Shown here one piece after another: positions 32,610 to 43,260 of a stretch of DNA of 64,000 bases. The stretch lies in the sequence record SRR22947727_398. The stretch is one strand, 5' to 3'. Position 1 is the first letter of the stretch; every line of letters begins with the position of its first letter. The position numbers were made by a program, and so were the translations under genes. The notes beneath the pieces were generated by a model, which worked only from the letters and a program-made list of their open reading frames with translations, did not search any database and was not told the DNA's origin.

Positions 32610-32788
32610 TAAAGCCTCCGTATTAATGTTAAATTTGAATCGTGAAGACTCATATTAATCCTAAGAATATGCGCCTGATATCGCGAGATAATCCCTAGGG
32701 CAACACAATATCTAATAAAAATTGTTAATGAAAGAAGCTTGCAACTCTGAACATGCTGTATACAAAGCTAAAAAAATAAGGAAATAAA

Positions 32789-33637
32789 ATGAAATTTGAA
32801 GGTACTAAAAACTACGTAGCTACTCAAGACCTTAAAATGGCAGTAAATGCTGCCATTACCTTGGAAAGACCATTACTTATAAAAGGAGAGCCCGGTACAG
32901 GAAAAACAGTTCTTGCTCACGAAATTGCTAAGAGTTTAGACACACCATTATTAGAATGGAATATAAAATCGACAACAAAGGCTCAACAAGGGTTATATGA
33001 ATACGATGCGGTAGCGCGGTTAAGGGACTCTCAGTTGGGAGAAAATCGTGTTCATGATATCTCTAATTATATCAAAAGAGGAAAGTTATGGGAAGCATTT
33101 ACAGCTAACAAGAGGCCTATATTACTTATTGATGAAATAGACAAAGCAGATATTGAATTTCCAAATGATTTATTACATGAATTAGATAAGATGGCTTTTC
33201 ATGTATATGAGACTAACGAAACTATAAAAGCAAAACAAAGGCCAATTATTATTATTACATCAAATAATGAAAAAGACCTACCAGACGCATTTCTTCGCCG
33301 CTGCTTTTTTCATTACATACAATTTCCTGATGATAGTACAATGAGTGAAATTATTGAAGTTCACTTTCCAGGAATCAAGCCTAAATTATTAACAGCCGCA
33401 ATGAAACGTTTTTATGAAGTAAGGGCAATGCCTGGGCTCAAGAAAAAACCAAGTACAAGTGAATTACTAGACTGGTTAAAATTACTGTTAATAGAGGATA
33501 TAGACCCTGAAACTCTCAAAGAGTCTGATCCAAAAAAACTTATTCCTCCATTGCATGGCGCATTACTAAAAAATGAACAGGATGTGCATTTATTTGAAAG
33601 ACTCGCATTTTTAACCAGAAGGGATAATAGCGCATAA
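32789..33637 (+). CDS. MoxR-family AAA+ ATPase
   Basis: KGEPGTGKT Walker A, LLIDEIDKAD Walker B, TSNNEKDLPDAFLRRC. Confidence 0.9.
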   Translation: MKFEGTKNYVATQDLKMAVNAAITLERPLLIKGEPGTGKTVLAHEIAKSLDTPLLEWNIKSTTKAQQGLYEYDAVARLRDSQLGENRVHDISNYIKRGKLWEAFTANKRPILLIDEIDKADIEFPNDLLHELDKMAFHVYETNETIKAKQRPIIIITSNNEKDLPDAFLRRCFFHYIQFPDDSTMSEIIEVHFPGIKPKLLTAAMKRFYEVRAMPGLKKKPSTSELLDWLKLLLIEDIDPETLKESDPKKLIPPLHGALLKNEQDVHLFERLAFLTRRDNSA

Positions 33638-33712
33638 TTTTATAAACTAGGTATTGCCTCTATGAATATCTTTGTGTCGACCTTTATTCAATAAAATCTA
33701 TAATGTACTGTG

Positions 33713-35302
33713 ATGTCAAAAAACCTTGAAACTGAACCTAATAAGCGGCGTGTATTTGCTATTATCTCTCATCCAGATGCAGGTAAAACAACACTCACAG
33801 AAAACATGCTCCTTGCATCAGGGGCGATTCATCAAGCTGGGCAAGTAGCTGCACGCGGTGAAGCAAGACGGACGCAATCTGATTGGATGAAGATAGAACA
33901 AGAACGTGGTATTTCTGTGTCATCCTCGGTAATGACATTTGAACATGAAAAACTCATCTTTAATTTACTTGATACTCCAGGTCATGAAGACTTTTCAGAG
34001 GATACTTATCGAACATTAACTGCTGCAGATTGTGCTGTTATGGTCATAGATGCGGCAAAAGGAATAGAACCTCAAACTCTGAAACTTTTTGAGGTATGTC
34101 GTTTACGAGATATACCCATAATCACATTTGTTAACAAATTAGACCGTGAAGCCAGGGACACATTCGATATAATATCAGAAATAGAAGAAAAGTTAGCACT
34201 CGATGTCGTACCTATGCAATGGCCCGCAGCATCAGGGAAACGGTTTAAAGGTATTTCTAATTTATTAACCGGAAAATTTTTAAAGTTTGAAAAACCTGAG
34301 TCAAGCACGAAACACAATTGGATCCAAATGAATAATGTTGAGATGAACCAACATTTTGATGATGAATCGTTATTGGAGCAATTTACTGAAGAACATGAAT
34401 TAGCAAAAGAATATCCTAAATTTAACTTACAAAGTTTTCATGAAGGCCACATGACACCTGTTTATTTTGGATCTGCCTTGAGAAAATTTGGTATTTTAGA
34501 GCTTATAAATGCACTCGCTGAATTAGCCCCCAGACCTCAACCTGAAAATTGTAAAAAATCCGGGCAACCGACTAAAATGTATCCAAACTCTAAAGAAGCA
34601 GCAGGCTTTATATTTAAAGTACAAGCAAATATGGACTTAAATCATCGAGACCGGGTAGCTTTTTTAAGATTGTGTTCGGGCGAGTTTAAACGTGGGATGA
34701 AAATGAAAACAGCAGAAGGGAAATCTCTAACTATTCATAATCCAGTTATGTTTTTTGCCCAAGATAGAGAAATAGCCGAAACTGCTTATGCAGGAGATGT
34801 TATTGGAATTCCAAATCATGGCTCTTTACGTGTTGGTGACAGTTTATCAGAAAGTGGCAAAATAAAATTCGCAGGAATACCTAATTTTGCACCAGAAATT
34901 TTAAGGCGAGCCCGCTTAAAGGATCCATTGAAAGCGAAACACTTGAGAAAAGCTTTGGAATCATTAGCAGAGGAAGGCGTTACACAACTTTTCAAACCAT
35001 CACTGGGAGCTGATATGATTGTAGGAGCAGTAGGTGCTTTGCAAATTGATGTAATGAGGGAAAGAATTAAAACTGAGTATGGCTTAGAAGTTACTTTTGA
35101 AGTTCCACCTTACCAAATAGCAAGGTGGGTAGTGAGCGAAGATAAAATGGCCTTAGATCAATTCATTGCAAAATCTATATCCAATTCAGGGGTAGATGTT
35201 GATGACGACCCAGTTTTCTTGGCAAAGTCTTATTGGGATGTGAATTACGCAGAAGAAAAGAATCCTAAAATTCGTTTTCTGACATCTAAGGAACGTATAT
35301 AA
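33713..35302 (+). CDS. prfC: Peptide chain release factor 3
   Basis: RRVFAIISHPDAGKTT, ERGISV, LLDTPGHEDFSEDTYR, FKVQANMD, GIPNFAPE. Confidence 0.96.
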   Translation: MSKNLETEPNKRRVFAIISHPDAGKTTLTENMLLASGAIHQAGQVAARGEARRTQSDWMKIEQERGISVSSSVMTFEHEKLIFNLLDTPGHEDFSEDTYRTLTAADCAVMVIDAAKGIEPQTLKLFEVCRLRDIPIITFVNKLDREARDTFDIISEIEEKLALDVVPMQWPAASGKRFKGISNLLTGKFLKFEKPESSTKHNWIQMNNVEMNQHFDDESLLEQFTEEHELAKEYPKFNLQSFHEGHMTPVYFGSALRKFGILELINALAELAPRPQPENCKKSGQPTKMYPNSKEAAGFIFKVQANMDLNHRDRVAFLRLCSGEFKRGMKMKTAEGKSLTIHNPVMFFAQDREIAETAYAGDVIGIPNHGSLRVGDSLSESGKIKFAGIPNFAPEILRRARLKDPLKAKHLRKALESLAEEGVTQLFKPSLGADMIVGAVGALQIDVMRERIKTEYGLEVTFEVPPYQIARWVVSEDKMALDQFIAKSISNSGVDVDDDPVFLAKSYWDVNYAEEKNPKIRFLTSKERI

Positions 35303-35303
35303 A

Positions 35304-35975
35304 TTAGTAAATTGTACACCGCCTAACTGAGGCAATACCTCTAAGATAAGCCCTTCTTGCAACACCTTTTCTATACTCTCTTCTAATCATATTTTCATGT
35401 TTAGTGGCGCCTGTTGCAGCCCTTACTAAACCACGGAAAGGTATTAAAGTCCCTACTCCTGCCTCTGCAACATCGAGTGAGGTTTCACGTGTTTTGCTAT
35501 CATCATTTTTTTTTGCATCTAAATCTGGACCTAAAACTTTATTCCATTTTGAGATATCATTTCTTAAGGCACGACAACTCCTATTACGAACAACATCATA
35601 AGGAGAGTCCAATGATAATAAAATTTCTGGTATACGTTGTTTTCTTAAATTTATATCACCTAAAGGACTAAGAATTACCTCACCAAAGCTATCTTTATCT
35701 CCTATCCTATCAATGTTTTTTGCAGTTGGTGCGCCAGTTACATCTTGCAAAATATTAGAATTTGTAGCCTTATTCAAAGTAGTAGCTGAACTCTTACCTA
35801 CTTTAAGCGCAACTTTTCCAGTCGCCTTACCAGTTTTATAAACAATCTTTCCTGAACTGATTGCTGCCTTACCAGTATTCTGAATTACATTTGATCTTGA
35901 ATCAACCGTGTTACAACCGATAAGCGATGCACTCACTAAAAAGTACAAACTTACCTTAGCTATACTATTAAACAC
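35304..35975 (-). CDS. Hypothetical lipoprotein
   Basis: Lipobox SLIGC; Lys/Gly/Ala-rich repeat segment; C-terminal IPFRGLVRAATGA...RRAYLRG segment. Confidence 0.6.
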   Translation of the reverse strand: MFNSIAKVSLYFLVSASLIGCNTVDSRSNVIQNTGKAAISSGKIVYKTGKATGKVALKVGKSSATTLNKATNSNILQDVTGAPTAKNIDRIGDKDSFGEVILSPLGDINLRKQRIPEILLSLDSPYDVVRNRSCRALRNDISKWNKVLGPDLDAKKNDDSKTRETSLDVAEAGVGTLIPFRGLVRAATGATKHENMIRREYRKGVARRAYLRGIASVRRCTIY

Positions 35976-35987
35976 AGTGTTATACCT

Positions 35988-36611
35988 TCATAAAAACTTT
36001 GATTTTTCCATCTCAATTAAAGGAAGACTTAATGGAAAAAGCTTCTTTTCTTCTACAGTATCATATTGCTGTACGAAAATAGTTAAAATATTATTTACCA
36101 CAGCAACTAATTTACCTTTATGTGCAAGCTGAGCAATAAGGCTTTCTGGAGCACTACTAAAACCACAAGTGGCAATAATTCTATCAAATGGAGCTTCGCA
36201 AGACATTCCATGATTTCCATCATCATGCAAAATGGTAAAGTTTTGAATACCTAAAAAATTTAATTTTTCTTTAGCGCTATTAGCCAAACTATTATATCGT
36301 TCTATTGAAAAAACATGGTTTGCCATGAGAGATAATATAGCTGTATGATATCCACTGCCTGAACCAATTTCTAAGACTCTATGAACGGTAAAAAGTTCTA
36401 ATGATTGCGTTAAAAGTGCTATTGTTAGTGGAGCCGAAATTTCTTGACCACAAGCTATTGGGAGTGCTTGCTCATGGTAAGCGAGATCCCACAAATCAGA
36501 TGGCAGAAAGTGTTTCCTTGAAATAGACTCCATTGCGCCTAATAAATTGTTGTCGGATATGCCAGATCCTCGCAATCGCATAATTAAATCTATTAGGCCT
36601 GGGTCAATCAT
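35988..36611 (-). CDS. pcm: Protein-L-isoaspartate O-methyltransferase
   Basis: LPIACGQEISAP, VLEIGSGSGY SAM motif, APFDRII; follows surE. Confidence 0.88.
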   Translation of the reverse strand: MIDPGLIDLIMRLRGSGISDNNLLGAMESISRKHFLPSDLWDLAYHEQALPIACGQEISAPLTIALLTQSLELFTVHRVLEIGSGSGYHTAILSLMANHVFSIERYNSLANSAKEKLNFLGIQNFTILHDDGNHGMSCEAPFDRIIATCGFSSAPESLIAQLAHKGKLVAVVNNILTIFVQQYDTVEEKKLFPLSLPLIEMEKSKFL

Positions 36612-37378
36612 TGAGGGCTTGAGAACTCCTTGACAAGCATTTTAAGCTCCGAAGTGCTTGTTAAATTAGTATGAAGGGGCGTTATAGAAATATATCCATC
36701 ATAAATTGCCCTAAGGTCTGTGCCTTCGGGTGGGTCTGACCTCCCAGCACCATATGTAAGCCAATAATAATCTCCTCCACGGGGGTGGCTTTTTTTTCTT
36801 ACCCCACTCATTTGAAAGTCTCGACTTCCTTGAGATGTAATTTTGATCCCTTTGACACTTTTCGCAGCAACATCAGGAAAGTTTATCGATAATATAGAAT
36901 GAGAATTCCAACCGTGATTATATAAGTCTGATATTAATTTTGATCCGTGCATTTCAGCTGTATCCCAAGGGAGACTTGTTTCTCCTTGGAAACCTCTAGC
37001 CAATGAAAGAGCAATAGAAGGAATTCCCATTTGCATTCCCTGAAAGGCCGCAGCAATAGTACCAGAAAAAGAAACATCTTCGGCTAGATTTTGTCCTCTA
37101 TTGACGCCAGATAGCAATAAATCAGGTTTATTCTCATTCAATATTTCACTTAAGGCTATTATCACAGAGTCGGTGGGAGTTCCTGAAACTGAGAAACTTT
37201 TTTTGCTATATTGTTTTATTCTAACCGGATTGTGTAATGAAACACTTCTAGAGGAAGCTGATTGCTCTGTTTCAGGTGCGCAAACCCAGACATCATCCGT
37301 CAACTCCAATGCAATTTTTTTGAGTACAGATATACCTTTTGCGTGAAATCCATCATCATTCGTAATTAAAATTCTCAA
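36608..37378 (-). CDS. surE: 5'/3'-nucleotidase SurE
   Basis: [32 protein letters not shown] start overlaps the serS stop. Confidence 0.95.
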   Translation of the reverse strand: MRILITNDDGFHAKGISVLKKIALELTDDVWVCAPETEQSASSRSVSLHNPVRIKQYSKKSFSVSGTPTDSVIIALSEILNENKPDLLLSGVNRGQNLAEDVSFSGTIAAAFQGMQMGIPSIALSLARGFQGETSLPWDTAEMHGSKLISDLYNHGWNSHSILSINFPDVAAKSVKGIKITSQGSRDFQMSGVRKKSHPRGGDYYWLTYGAGRSDPPEGTDLRAIYDGYISITPLHTNLTSTSELKMLVKEFSSPQ

Positions 37379-38649
37379 CGACTTATAACCTCAATACCAC
37401 CCATATATGGTATTAAAGCATCGGGTATTGTTATTGAACCATCTGCATTTTGATAGTTTTCCAAAATAGCTACTAATGTTCTGCCTACAGCTAGTCCAGA
37501 TCCATTCAGCGTATGAACAAAACGATTATCTTTTTCAGCGTATTTATAACGCGCATTCATTCTTCTAGCTTGAAAGTCACCACAATCAGAACAACTAGAT
37601 ATCTCTCGGTAGGTATTTTGACTTGGCAGCCAAACCTCAATATCAAAAGTTCGTCTTGCACTAAACCCAAGGTCTCCAGTACATAGTTCAACAACTCTGT
37701 AAGGCAAGCTTAAGCGTTTTAATATTTCTTCAGCACACGCAAGCATTCTTTCATGTTCTTTAGGGCTTTCTTCAGGCTTAACAACTGAAACAAGTTCAAC
37801 TTTATTAAATTGATGTTGCCTGATCATTCCACGTGTATCTTTTCCTGCACTGCCTGCTTCACTTCGAAAACATGGAGTATGTGCAGTCATTCTAAGAGGT
37901 AAAGTATCAGCATTAATTATGCTTTCTCTAATTATATTAGTAAGTGACACCTCTGCAGTCGGTATTAAATATTGATCAACAGTGGTTTTATATAAATCTT
38001 CTTCAAATTTTGGAAGTTGACCAGTCCCAAAAAGCGCATGTTCTCTAACCATTACAGGAGGTGAATATTCAGTATATCCAAATTCAGACGTGTGAATATC
38101 CAACATAAAAGATGCAAGAGCTCTATCAAGTCGGCTCAAAGAACCCTGTAAAACAACAAACCTACTACCACTCATTTTTGCAGCAGTTTCAAAATCCATC
38201 ATTCCTAGATCAATACCTAATTCATCATGTCCTTTTGGACTAAACTCAAATACTGGAGGCTCTAAATATCTATGCAACTCAACGTTTTCATTTTCATCTT
38301 CACCAACAGGAACATTATTAAAAGGAATATTAGGAAGCTCGGAAAGAAGTAAGTGGAGTTGACTTTTTTCGCTTTCTACTTGTATGCCCATGGCTGAAAT
38401 AACATTTTTTGCACCCGATACTTCAGACTTAAGCCTATCAAGCTCATCTTGGTCACCATTCGCAACTGCATGTCCTATCAGTTTAGAGCTTTTATTTCGT
38501 GCAGCCTCCGCCTCCTGAAGCACTTGCATAGCTTTTCGTATTAACGCATCCTGATTTAAAATTTTCTGAGCAATTGGCTCTAATCCTCTTTTGGACCAAA
38601 GCTCGTCATACTTTTTGGGGTTTTCCCTAATAGATTTTATATCATGCAT
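37375..38649 (-). CDS. serS: Serine--tRNA ligase
   Basis: [49 protein letters not shown]. Confidence 0.98.
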   Translation of the reverse strand: MHDIKSIRENPKKYDELWSKRGLEPIAQKILNQDALIRKAMQVLQEAEAARNKSSKLIGHAVANGDQDELDRLKSEVSGAKNVISAMGIQVESEKSQLHLLLSELPNIPFNNVPVGEDENENVELHRYLEPPVFEFSPKGHDELGIDLGMMDFETAAKMSGSRFVVLQGSLSRLDRALASFMLDIHTSEFGYTEYSPPVMVREHALFGTGQLPKFEEDLYKTTVDQYLIPTAEVSLTNIIRESIINADTLPLRMTAHTPCFRSEAGSAGKDTRGMIRQHQFNKVELVSVVKPEESPKEHERMLACAEEILKRLSLPYRVVELCTGDLGFSARRTFDIEVWLPSQNTYREISSCSDCGDFQARRMNARYKYAEKDNRFVHTLNGSGLAVGRTLVAILENYQNADGSITIPDALIPYMGGIEVISR

Positions 38650-38726
38650 TTTTATCTCAATATGATTTTGAGTGCTATAGCCCTATGCTACTAATACGTA
38701 AAGTCACATGTGAAATATATTATGAG

Positions 38727-38836
38727 AATAAAATAGCGTCTTGGCTAGGGGAAGCCAAGACGCTTAAAAAGTGTCCAATCTTTAAGGGGAGAAGATGGAC
38801 TGTTACATCTTGGGTAGTCCGCAATAAGTAACAACA
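38727..38836 (-). ncRNA. Candidate small regulatory RNA: three stem-loops, C-rich loops, terminator-like last hairpin
   Basis: GC-richer island in an AT-rich 297-nt intergenic gap; hairpins at 38801-38833, 38773-38800 (minus-strand loop CTCCCCTTA) and a perfect 12-bp stem at 38735-38764 (loop TCCCCT) followed by ATTTTATT. Confidence 0.6.
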
Positions 38837-38946
38837 TACTTACGCAATTAAGTACTTAAATGGATTTAAAAAAAATAATCTTTTTTTAAAGTCAGAAAAA
38901 AAAATGATTAAGCAGTATGACCTTAACTAAATAAAGTTTTCAAAAG

Positions 38947-40287
38947 TTAAGCAGAAAAATTCTTTAGCCGAGCCTTAGCTTTATCAGAACCAAGTAATAT
39001 AATTAATTTTGCCATTTCAGGCCCTTTATTAAGCCCTGTAAGTGCTTGTCGCAAGGGCATGAATAAATCTCTTCCTTTACGGTTATATTTAACTTTTAAC
39101 TCATTTGTCCATTCTAACCAGGTATTATCGGTTATATCAGAGGGAAGCATTTCTGCAGCACCGAAACAAAAGTCTTTGTCTGAAGCATTTATTTGACCTT
39201 GCACCTCTTTGAAGATGATATCATACCATAGAACAGCTTCATTGATTTTAAGTATATTATTACGAATTAATTCCCAAAAATCTTTAGAGTCAGTAATGCC
39301 CAATTCCAAAAGTTTTGGTTTTATATTTTCGTACGGCAAATCAGTTAAAAACTTACCATTCAACATCTCAAGTTCTGTGTCGTCAAAGCGTGCTGGAGCA
39401 CGGCCAATTTTACTGAATGAAAACTCACTACTTAAAACACTCATCGAAAAACGAGGTTCTATAGAGTCTGAAGTCCCGATCTTACTAAGCAATGAACAAA
39501 TAGCCAAGGGTTCAAGACCTTGTGACTTCAGCTGCTCCATAGAAAGGGAGCCAAGTCGCTTAGATAAACCCTTGCCGTCCTTACCAACCAATAGCGGCGT
39601 ATGCGCAAATATAGGTATACGGTCAGATAATGCTTTAAATACTTCTATTTGTGCCCCTGAGTTAGTAACATGATCTTCTCCGCGAATAACGTGCGTTATA
39701 TTTTCATCAATATCATCAACAACACTTGGAAGGGTATACAGAAAAGTTCCATCTCCTCGAATTAAGACAGGGTCGGATAAAGACGAAGTATCAACACTCT
39801 GGTTTCCACGAACCATATCATTCCAATTTACAGTCTCACCTGAGAGTTTAAAACGCCAGTGGGGTTTTCTTCCTGCATTCTCAAAAGCTAGCTTTTGCGC
39901 ATTTGTGAGCTCGAGTCCCGCGCGGTTATATACAGGAGGTTTGCCTTGAACACGTTGAAGTTTTCGCTGCCTGTCAAGCTCCTCAGAAGTTTCATAACAT
40001 GGATATAATAATCCATCTTTTTTTAAATTCTCCGCTAATGCTTTATATCTTGAAAACCGTTTAGATTGATTGAAAGTGTAATCCCAACCCATGCCTAACC
40101 AATTTAAGTCTTCTTTAATACCAAGTTCATAAGCATCAGTCGACCTTACAATATCCGTATCATCAATTCGTAAAATAAACTTACCTCTTTTTTCTCGAAC
40201 AAAAAGCCAATTCATAAGAGCAGTGCGAACATTTCCTACATGTAAACGACCTGTTGGAGAAGGTGCAAATCGGCAAATAACTGTCAT
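38947..40287 (-). CDS. gltX: Glutamate--tRNA ligase
   Basis: RFAPSPTGRLHVGN, LRIDDTD, IRGEDH, LSKR, PLRQALTG. Confidence 0.95.
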   Translation of the reverse strand: MTVICRFAPSPTGRLHVGNVRTALMNWLFVREKRGKFILRIDDTDIVRSTDAYELGIKEDLNWLGMGWDYTFNQSKRFSRYKALAENLKKDGLLYPCYETSEELDRQRKLQRVQGKPPVYNRAGLELTNAQKLAFENAGRKPHWRFKLSGETVNWNDMVRGNQSVDTSSLSDPVLIRGDGTFLYTLPSVVDDIDENITHVIRGEDHVTNSGAQIEVFKALSDRIPIFAHTPLLVGKDGKGLSKRLGSLSMEQLKSQGLEPLAICSLLSKIGTSDSIEPRFSMSVLSSEFSFSKIGRAPARFDDTELEMLNGKFLTDLPYENIKPKLLELGITDSKDFWELIRNNILKINEAVLWYDIIFKEVQGQINASDKDFCFGAAEMLPSDITDNTWLEWTNELKVKYNRKGRDLFMPLRQALTGLNKGPEMAKLIILLGSDKAKARLKNFSA

Positions 40288-41958
40288 CTATTTATCCTTA
40301 TAGTGTGATGCATCTCGATAACCATTTGTGATTGGATAACGACGGTCTTTACCAAAATTTTTAATTCCAATTTTAACTCCAGGAGGTGCTTGACGACGTT
40401 TATATTCAGCAACATACAGTAAGTGCTGAATCCTTTTTACGTCTTCGAGCGTATGCCCGCGTTGGACTATTTCTTCAACTGTTAATTCTAATTCAATTAA
40501 CCCAAAAAGTATGTCATCGAGTACTTTATAATCGGGTAAGCTATCACTATCTTTTTGATCTAATCGCAATTCAGCCGATGGGGGTTTATTTAAAATATTT
40601 GATGGTATTGGCCTGTCGCCTCCTAATAAATCATCCAAATTATTATTGTTTCGCCATTCGCATATTTCAAATAATTTACTTTTATAAATATCTTTTATTG
40701 GATTAAAGCCACCACACATATCACCATAAAGTGTGGCATAGCCAACTGCCATCTCGGACTTATTTCCTGTGGTTACGACCATAGGGCCAAATTTATTAGA
40801 AATACCCATAAGTACTATAGCCCTTGCACGCGACTGCAAATTTTCTTCAGTTAAATCAACGTCTTGACCCTTGAACAGGGGATCAAACATTGCTTCATAT
40901 GCTGTTATAGCAGGTTTAATAGGTATAATATCATAACGACAACCTAAGCGAGAAATACAAAGCTGGGCATCACCTAAACTCTCATCAGATGTGTAGACAG
41001 ATGGCATCATCACACACCACACTTTATTTGGACCAAGCGCATCAACCGCGATGGCAGCAACAGCAGCACTATCTAAACCACCAGAAAGGCCAATTAATAC
41101 GCTTTGAAATTTATTTTTGTTTACATAATCAGCCAAACCAAGCGTTATAGCTCTCCAGTCGGACTCACTTTTAGACAATTGCTTTTCTAATCTAGCTTTA
41201 GCACAGATCCATAGACCTGCCTCCTTAATCCAAGTGGAAACATCGTAATCTTCTACAAAGCTTTTAAGGGCCTGAACTATTTTTCCATCATGCGATAAAG
41301 AAAAACTAGAACCGTCAAAAACAAGTTCATCTTGCCCCCCTATTTGATTGACATAAACTAAAGGTAAACCTTCATTATGAATATTTCTTCCTAATGTAGC
41401 AGTCCTCTCCGACAAAGCCGATCTTCTCCAAGGCGATCCATTAGGTGAAATCAAAATCTCAGCACCCCTTTTAGATAGATAACTGGCAACACCAGGGCGC
41501 CATAGATCTTCACAAATTGGTAGTCCAATCTTTACGCCTTTAAATATAATTGGTTCAGGAAGTCCGCCCGACTCAAAAATTCGAAACTCATCAAACACAC
41601 CATAGTTAGGCAAGTGATGCTTATGACGAATATCGGAAATAATGCCATCACGCATAAATAGCACTGAATTATAAATTTTATTATTTTCTACCCACGGCAA
41701 ATTAAAAACTACAGCTGGACCATTTTGTGTGATTTTAGCAAATTCTTCAGCATATAATTTACAATCCCTTAATGCAGAAGGCTTTAAAACTAAATCCTCA
41801 GCAGGGTAACCAATAATAAATTGCTCTGGTAAAACTAAAATATCTACTTTATCAGATTTTGCTCGCTCATAGACATCATAAGCTTTTCCAATATTAGTTT
41901 TAAGAGAACCAACATGAGAATTTAATTGGGCTGAAGCTATTTTTAAAGTTACTGTCAT
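40288..41958 (-). CDS. nadE: Glutamine-dependent NAD+ synthetase
   Basis: Nitrilase domain (PE, KHHLPNYGVFDE, ICEDLW) plus GLSGGLDSA, ENLQSRAR, TGNKSE, PPSAEL, EYKRRQ; start 41958 or 41970. Confidence 0.96.
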   Translation of the reverse strand: MTVTLKIASAQLNSHVGSLKTNIGKAYDVYERAKSDKVDILVLPEQFIIGYPAEDLVLKPSALRDCKLYAEEFAKITQNGPAVVFNLPWVENNKIYNSVLFMRDGIISDIRHKHHLPNYGVFDEFRIFESGGLPEPIIFKGVKIGLPICEDLWRPGVASYLSKRGAEILISPNGSPWRRSALSERTATLGRNIHNEGLPLVYVNQIGGQDELVFDGSSFSLSHDGKIVQALKSFVEDYDVSTWIKEAGLWICAKARLEKQLSKSESDWRAITLGLADYVNKNKFQSVLIGLSGGLDSAAVAAIAVDALGPNKVWCVMMPSVYTSDESLGDAQLCISRLGCRYDIIPIKPAITAYEAMFDPLFKGQDVDLTEENLQSRARAIVLMGISNKFGPMVVTTGNKSEMAVGYATLYGDMCGGFNPIKDIYKSKLFEICEWRNNNNLDDLLGGDRPIPSNILNKPPSAELRLDQKDSDSLPDYKVLDDILFGLIELELTVEEIVQRGHTLEDVKRIQHLLYVAEYKRRQAPPGVKIGIKNFGKDRRYPITNGYRDASHYKDK

Positions 41959-42036
41959 TATTTTATGCATGAACTAAAAAACATTAAAATATTTTTTAGC
42001 TTTTCTTTAATTTGAAAAATCTGTTTAGTATTAATT

Positions 42037-43260
42037 TTATTCCTTACTAACACTGTAATAGTCAGCTAAACTCCGAAAAACATCAACATTAACATTCATC
42101 GAATGATTATAACCATATTGTTTTTGCGTGAACTCCCTATCAGCAGCGTTTTTTGCTATTACAATACCTTTTGAAGGATTAATATACACATACTGACCAT
42201 AAACGCCTGCAGCAGTAAAATCACCTTTATTTGAACCTTCTTGTGGCATAGGTATCCACCATTGGTATCCATAGCCAACGCCACGATCACCTATTGTAGG
42301 AGCGCTGTGTTTAGTTGATTGATCAACCCATGAAGGTGGAATTATTTGTTCACCATTAAATTTGCCGTTTTGTAAAAATAATTGACCAAATTTCGCGTAA
42401 TCACGAGTTGTCAGGTTTAGACCACCTAAGGCAAAAGCTACATTTTTTCCATCAGTGAGATAATAAGGTGGAAAATCAAAACCCAAATAACTTGAGTAAG
42501 TTTCATTAAATAAAGCATGCAAACTTTTCCCAGTTGCTGCTCTGAGAACCATAGCAGCAATATGTGTATCTATTGATACATATTTCCATCTTTCACCAGG
42601 TTCTATGTCTTTAGATTTAAGGTTAATGGCATACCTATCCATAGACATGCCTAAACCTAATAAGCGACCCATATCATTTATATCAGACTTTGGATCCATG
42701 TAATCTTCGTTAAATGTAATTCCGCTTGCCATGTTTAAAACATTTCTAATTGTTGCTCCCTCGTATGCAGACCCCTTTAAACTAGGTACGTATTTCTCAA
42801 CTTTATCATCAATAGATTCTATTTTTCCATCTTGAAGAACTTTCCCATATAAACCTGACATAAAAGATTTAGCAACTGACCAACTAATACGAAGATCATT
42901 TTTTTCTGTTCCTCTATAGTAACTCTCGTGAATTAGTTTTCCGTCCTTAATTATAACTAAAGCCGTAGTATCTAGTTCATCTAAAATATTTCCTAGGTTA
43001 AATTTTTCTCCATTAATTTTGATATTCTCAGGGAGAGGCTCTATTTCTTCATCAAAACTGTAAGCTTTTGGTGAAGAGGCAAGTTGGTGATGCAAAAATG
43101 CTGCTTTCATGTTTGAAAAATTATAAACAATTCTATCAGCATTAAACAAAGAACTTACAGTCTTCAAACGCTGTATGTTTTGCCAATTAAAAGCCACAAA
43201 ACTTAAAATTAAAATAATACCTAATAGTAAAGTATTTTTAACTATTTTTCTAATATTCAC
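42037..43260 (-). CDS. Serine hydrolase, beta-lactamase (AmpC/NylB-like) family
   Basis: N-terminal anchor, SWSVAKS (SxxK), WKYVS, GYGYQWW, AAGVYGQY. Confidence 0.85.
   Translation of the reverse strand: MNIRKIVKNTLLLGIILILSFVAFNWQNIQRLKTVSSLFNADRIVYNFSNMKAAFLHHQLASSPKAYSFDEEIEPLPENIKINGEKFNLGNILDELDTTALVIIKDGKLIHESYYRGTEKNDLRISWSVAKSFMSGLYGKVLQDGKIESIDDKVEKYVPSLKGSAYEGATIRNVLNMASGITFNEDYMDPKSDINDMGRLLGLGMSMDRYAINLKSKDIEPGERWKYVSIDTHIAAMVLRAATGKSLHALFNETYSSYLGFDFPPYYLTDGKNVAFALGGLNLTTRDYAKFGQLFLQNGKFNGEQIIPPSWVDQSTKHSAPTIGDRGVGYGYQWWIPMPQEGSNKGDFTAAGVYGQYVYINPSKGIVIAKNAADREFTQKQYGYNHSMNVNVDVFRSLADYYSVSKE

Noticed and set aside
38735-38764. Hairpin considered as a CRISPR repeat or REP/MITE element
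   Set aside because: Only one copy seen in the window, with no spacer-repeat periodicity and no cas or transposase genes.
39209-39673. 154-aa antisense ORF inside gltX, and similar shadow ORFs in alaS, cckA, recA, icd, purL, sufT and anmK
   Set aside because: They lie wholly opposite well-conserved genes and are Ser/Ile/Leu-rich as expected from reverse-complement codons, with no motifs.
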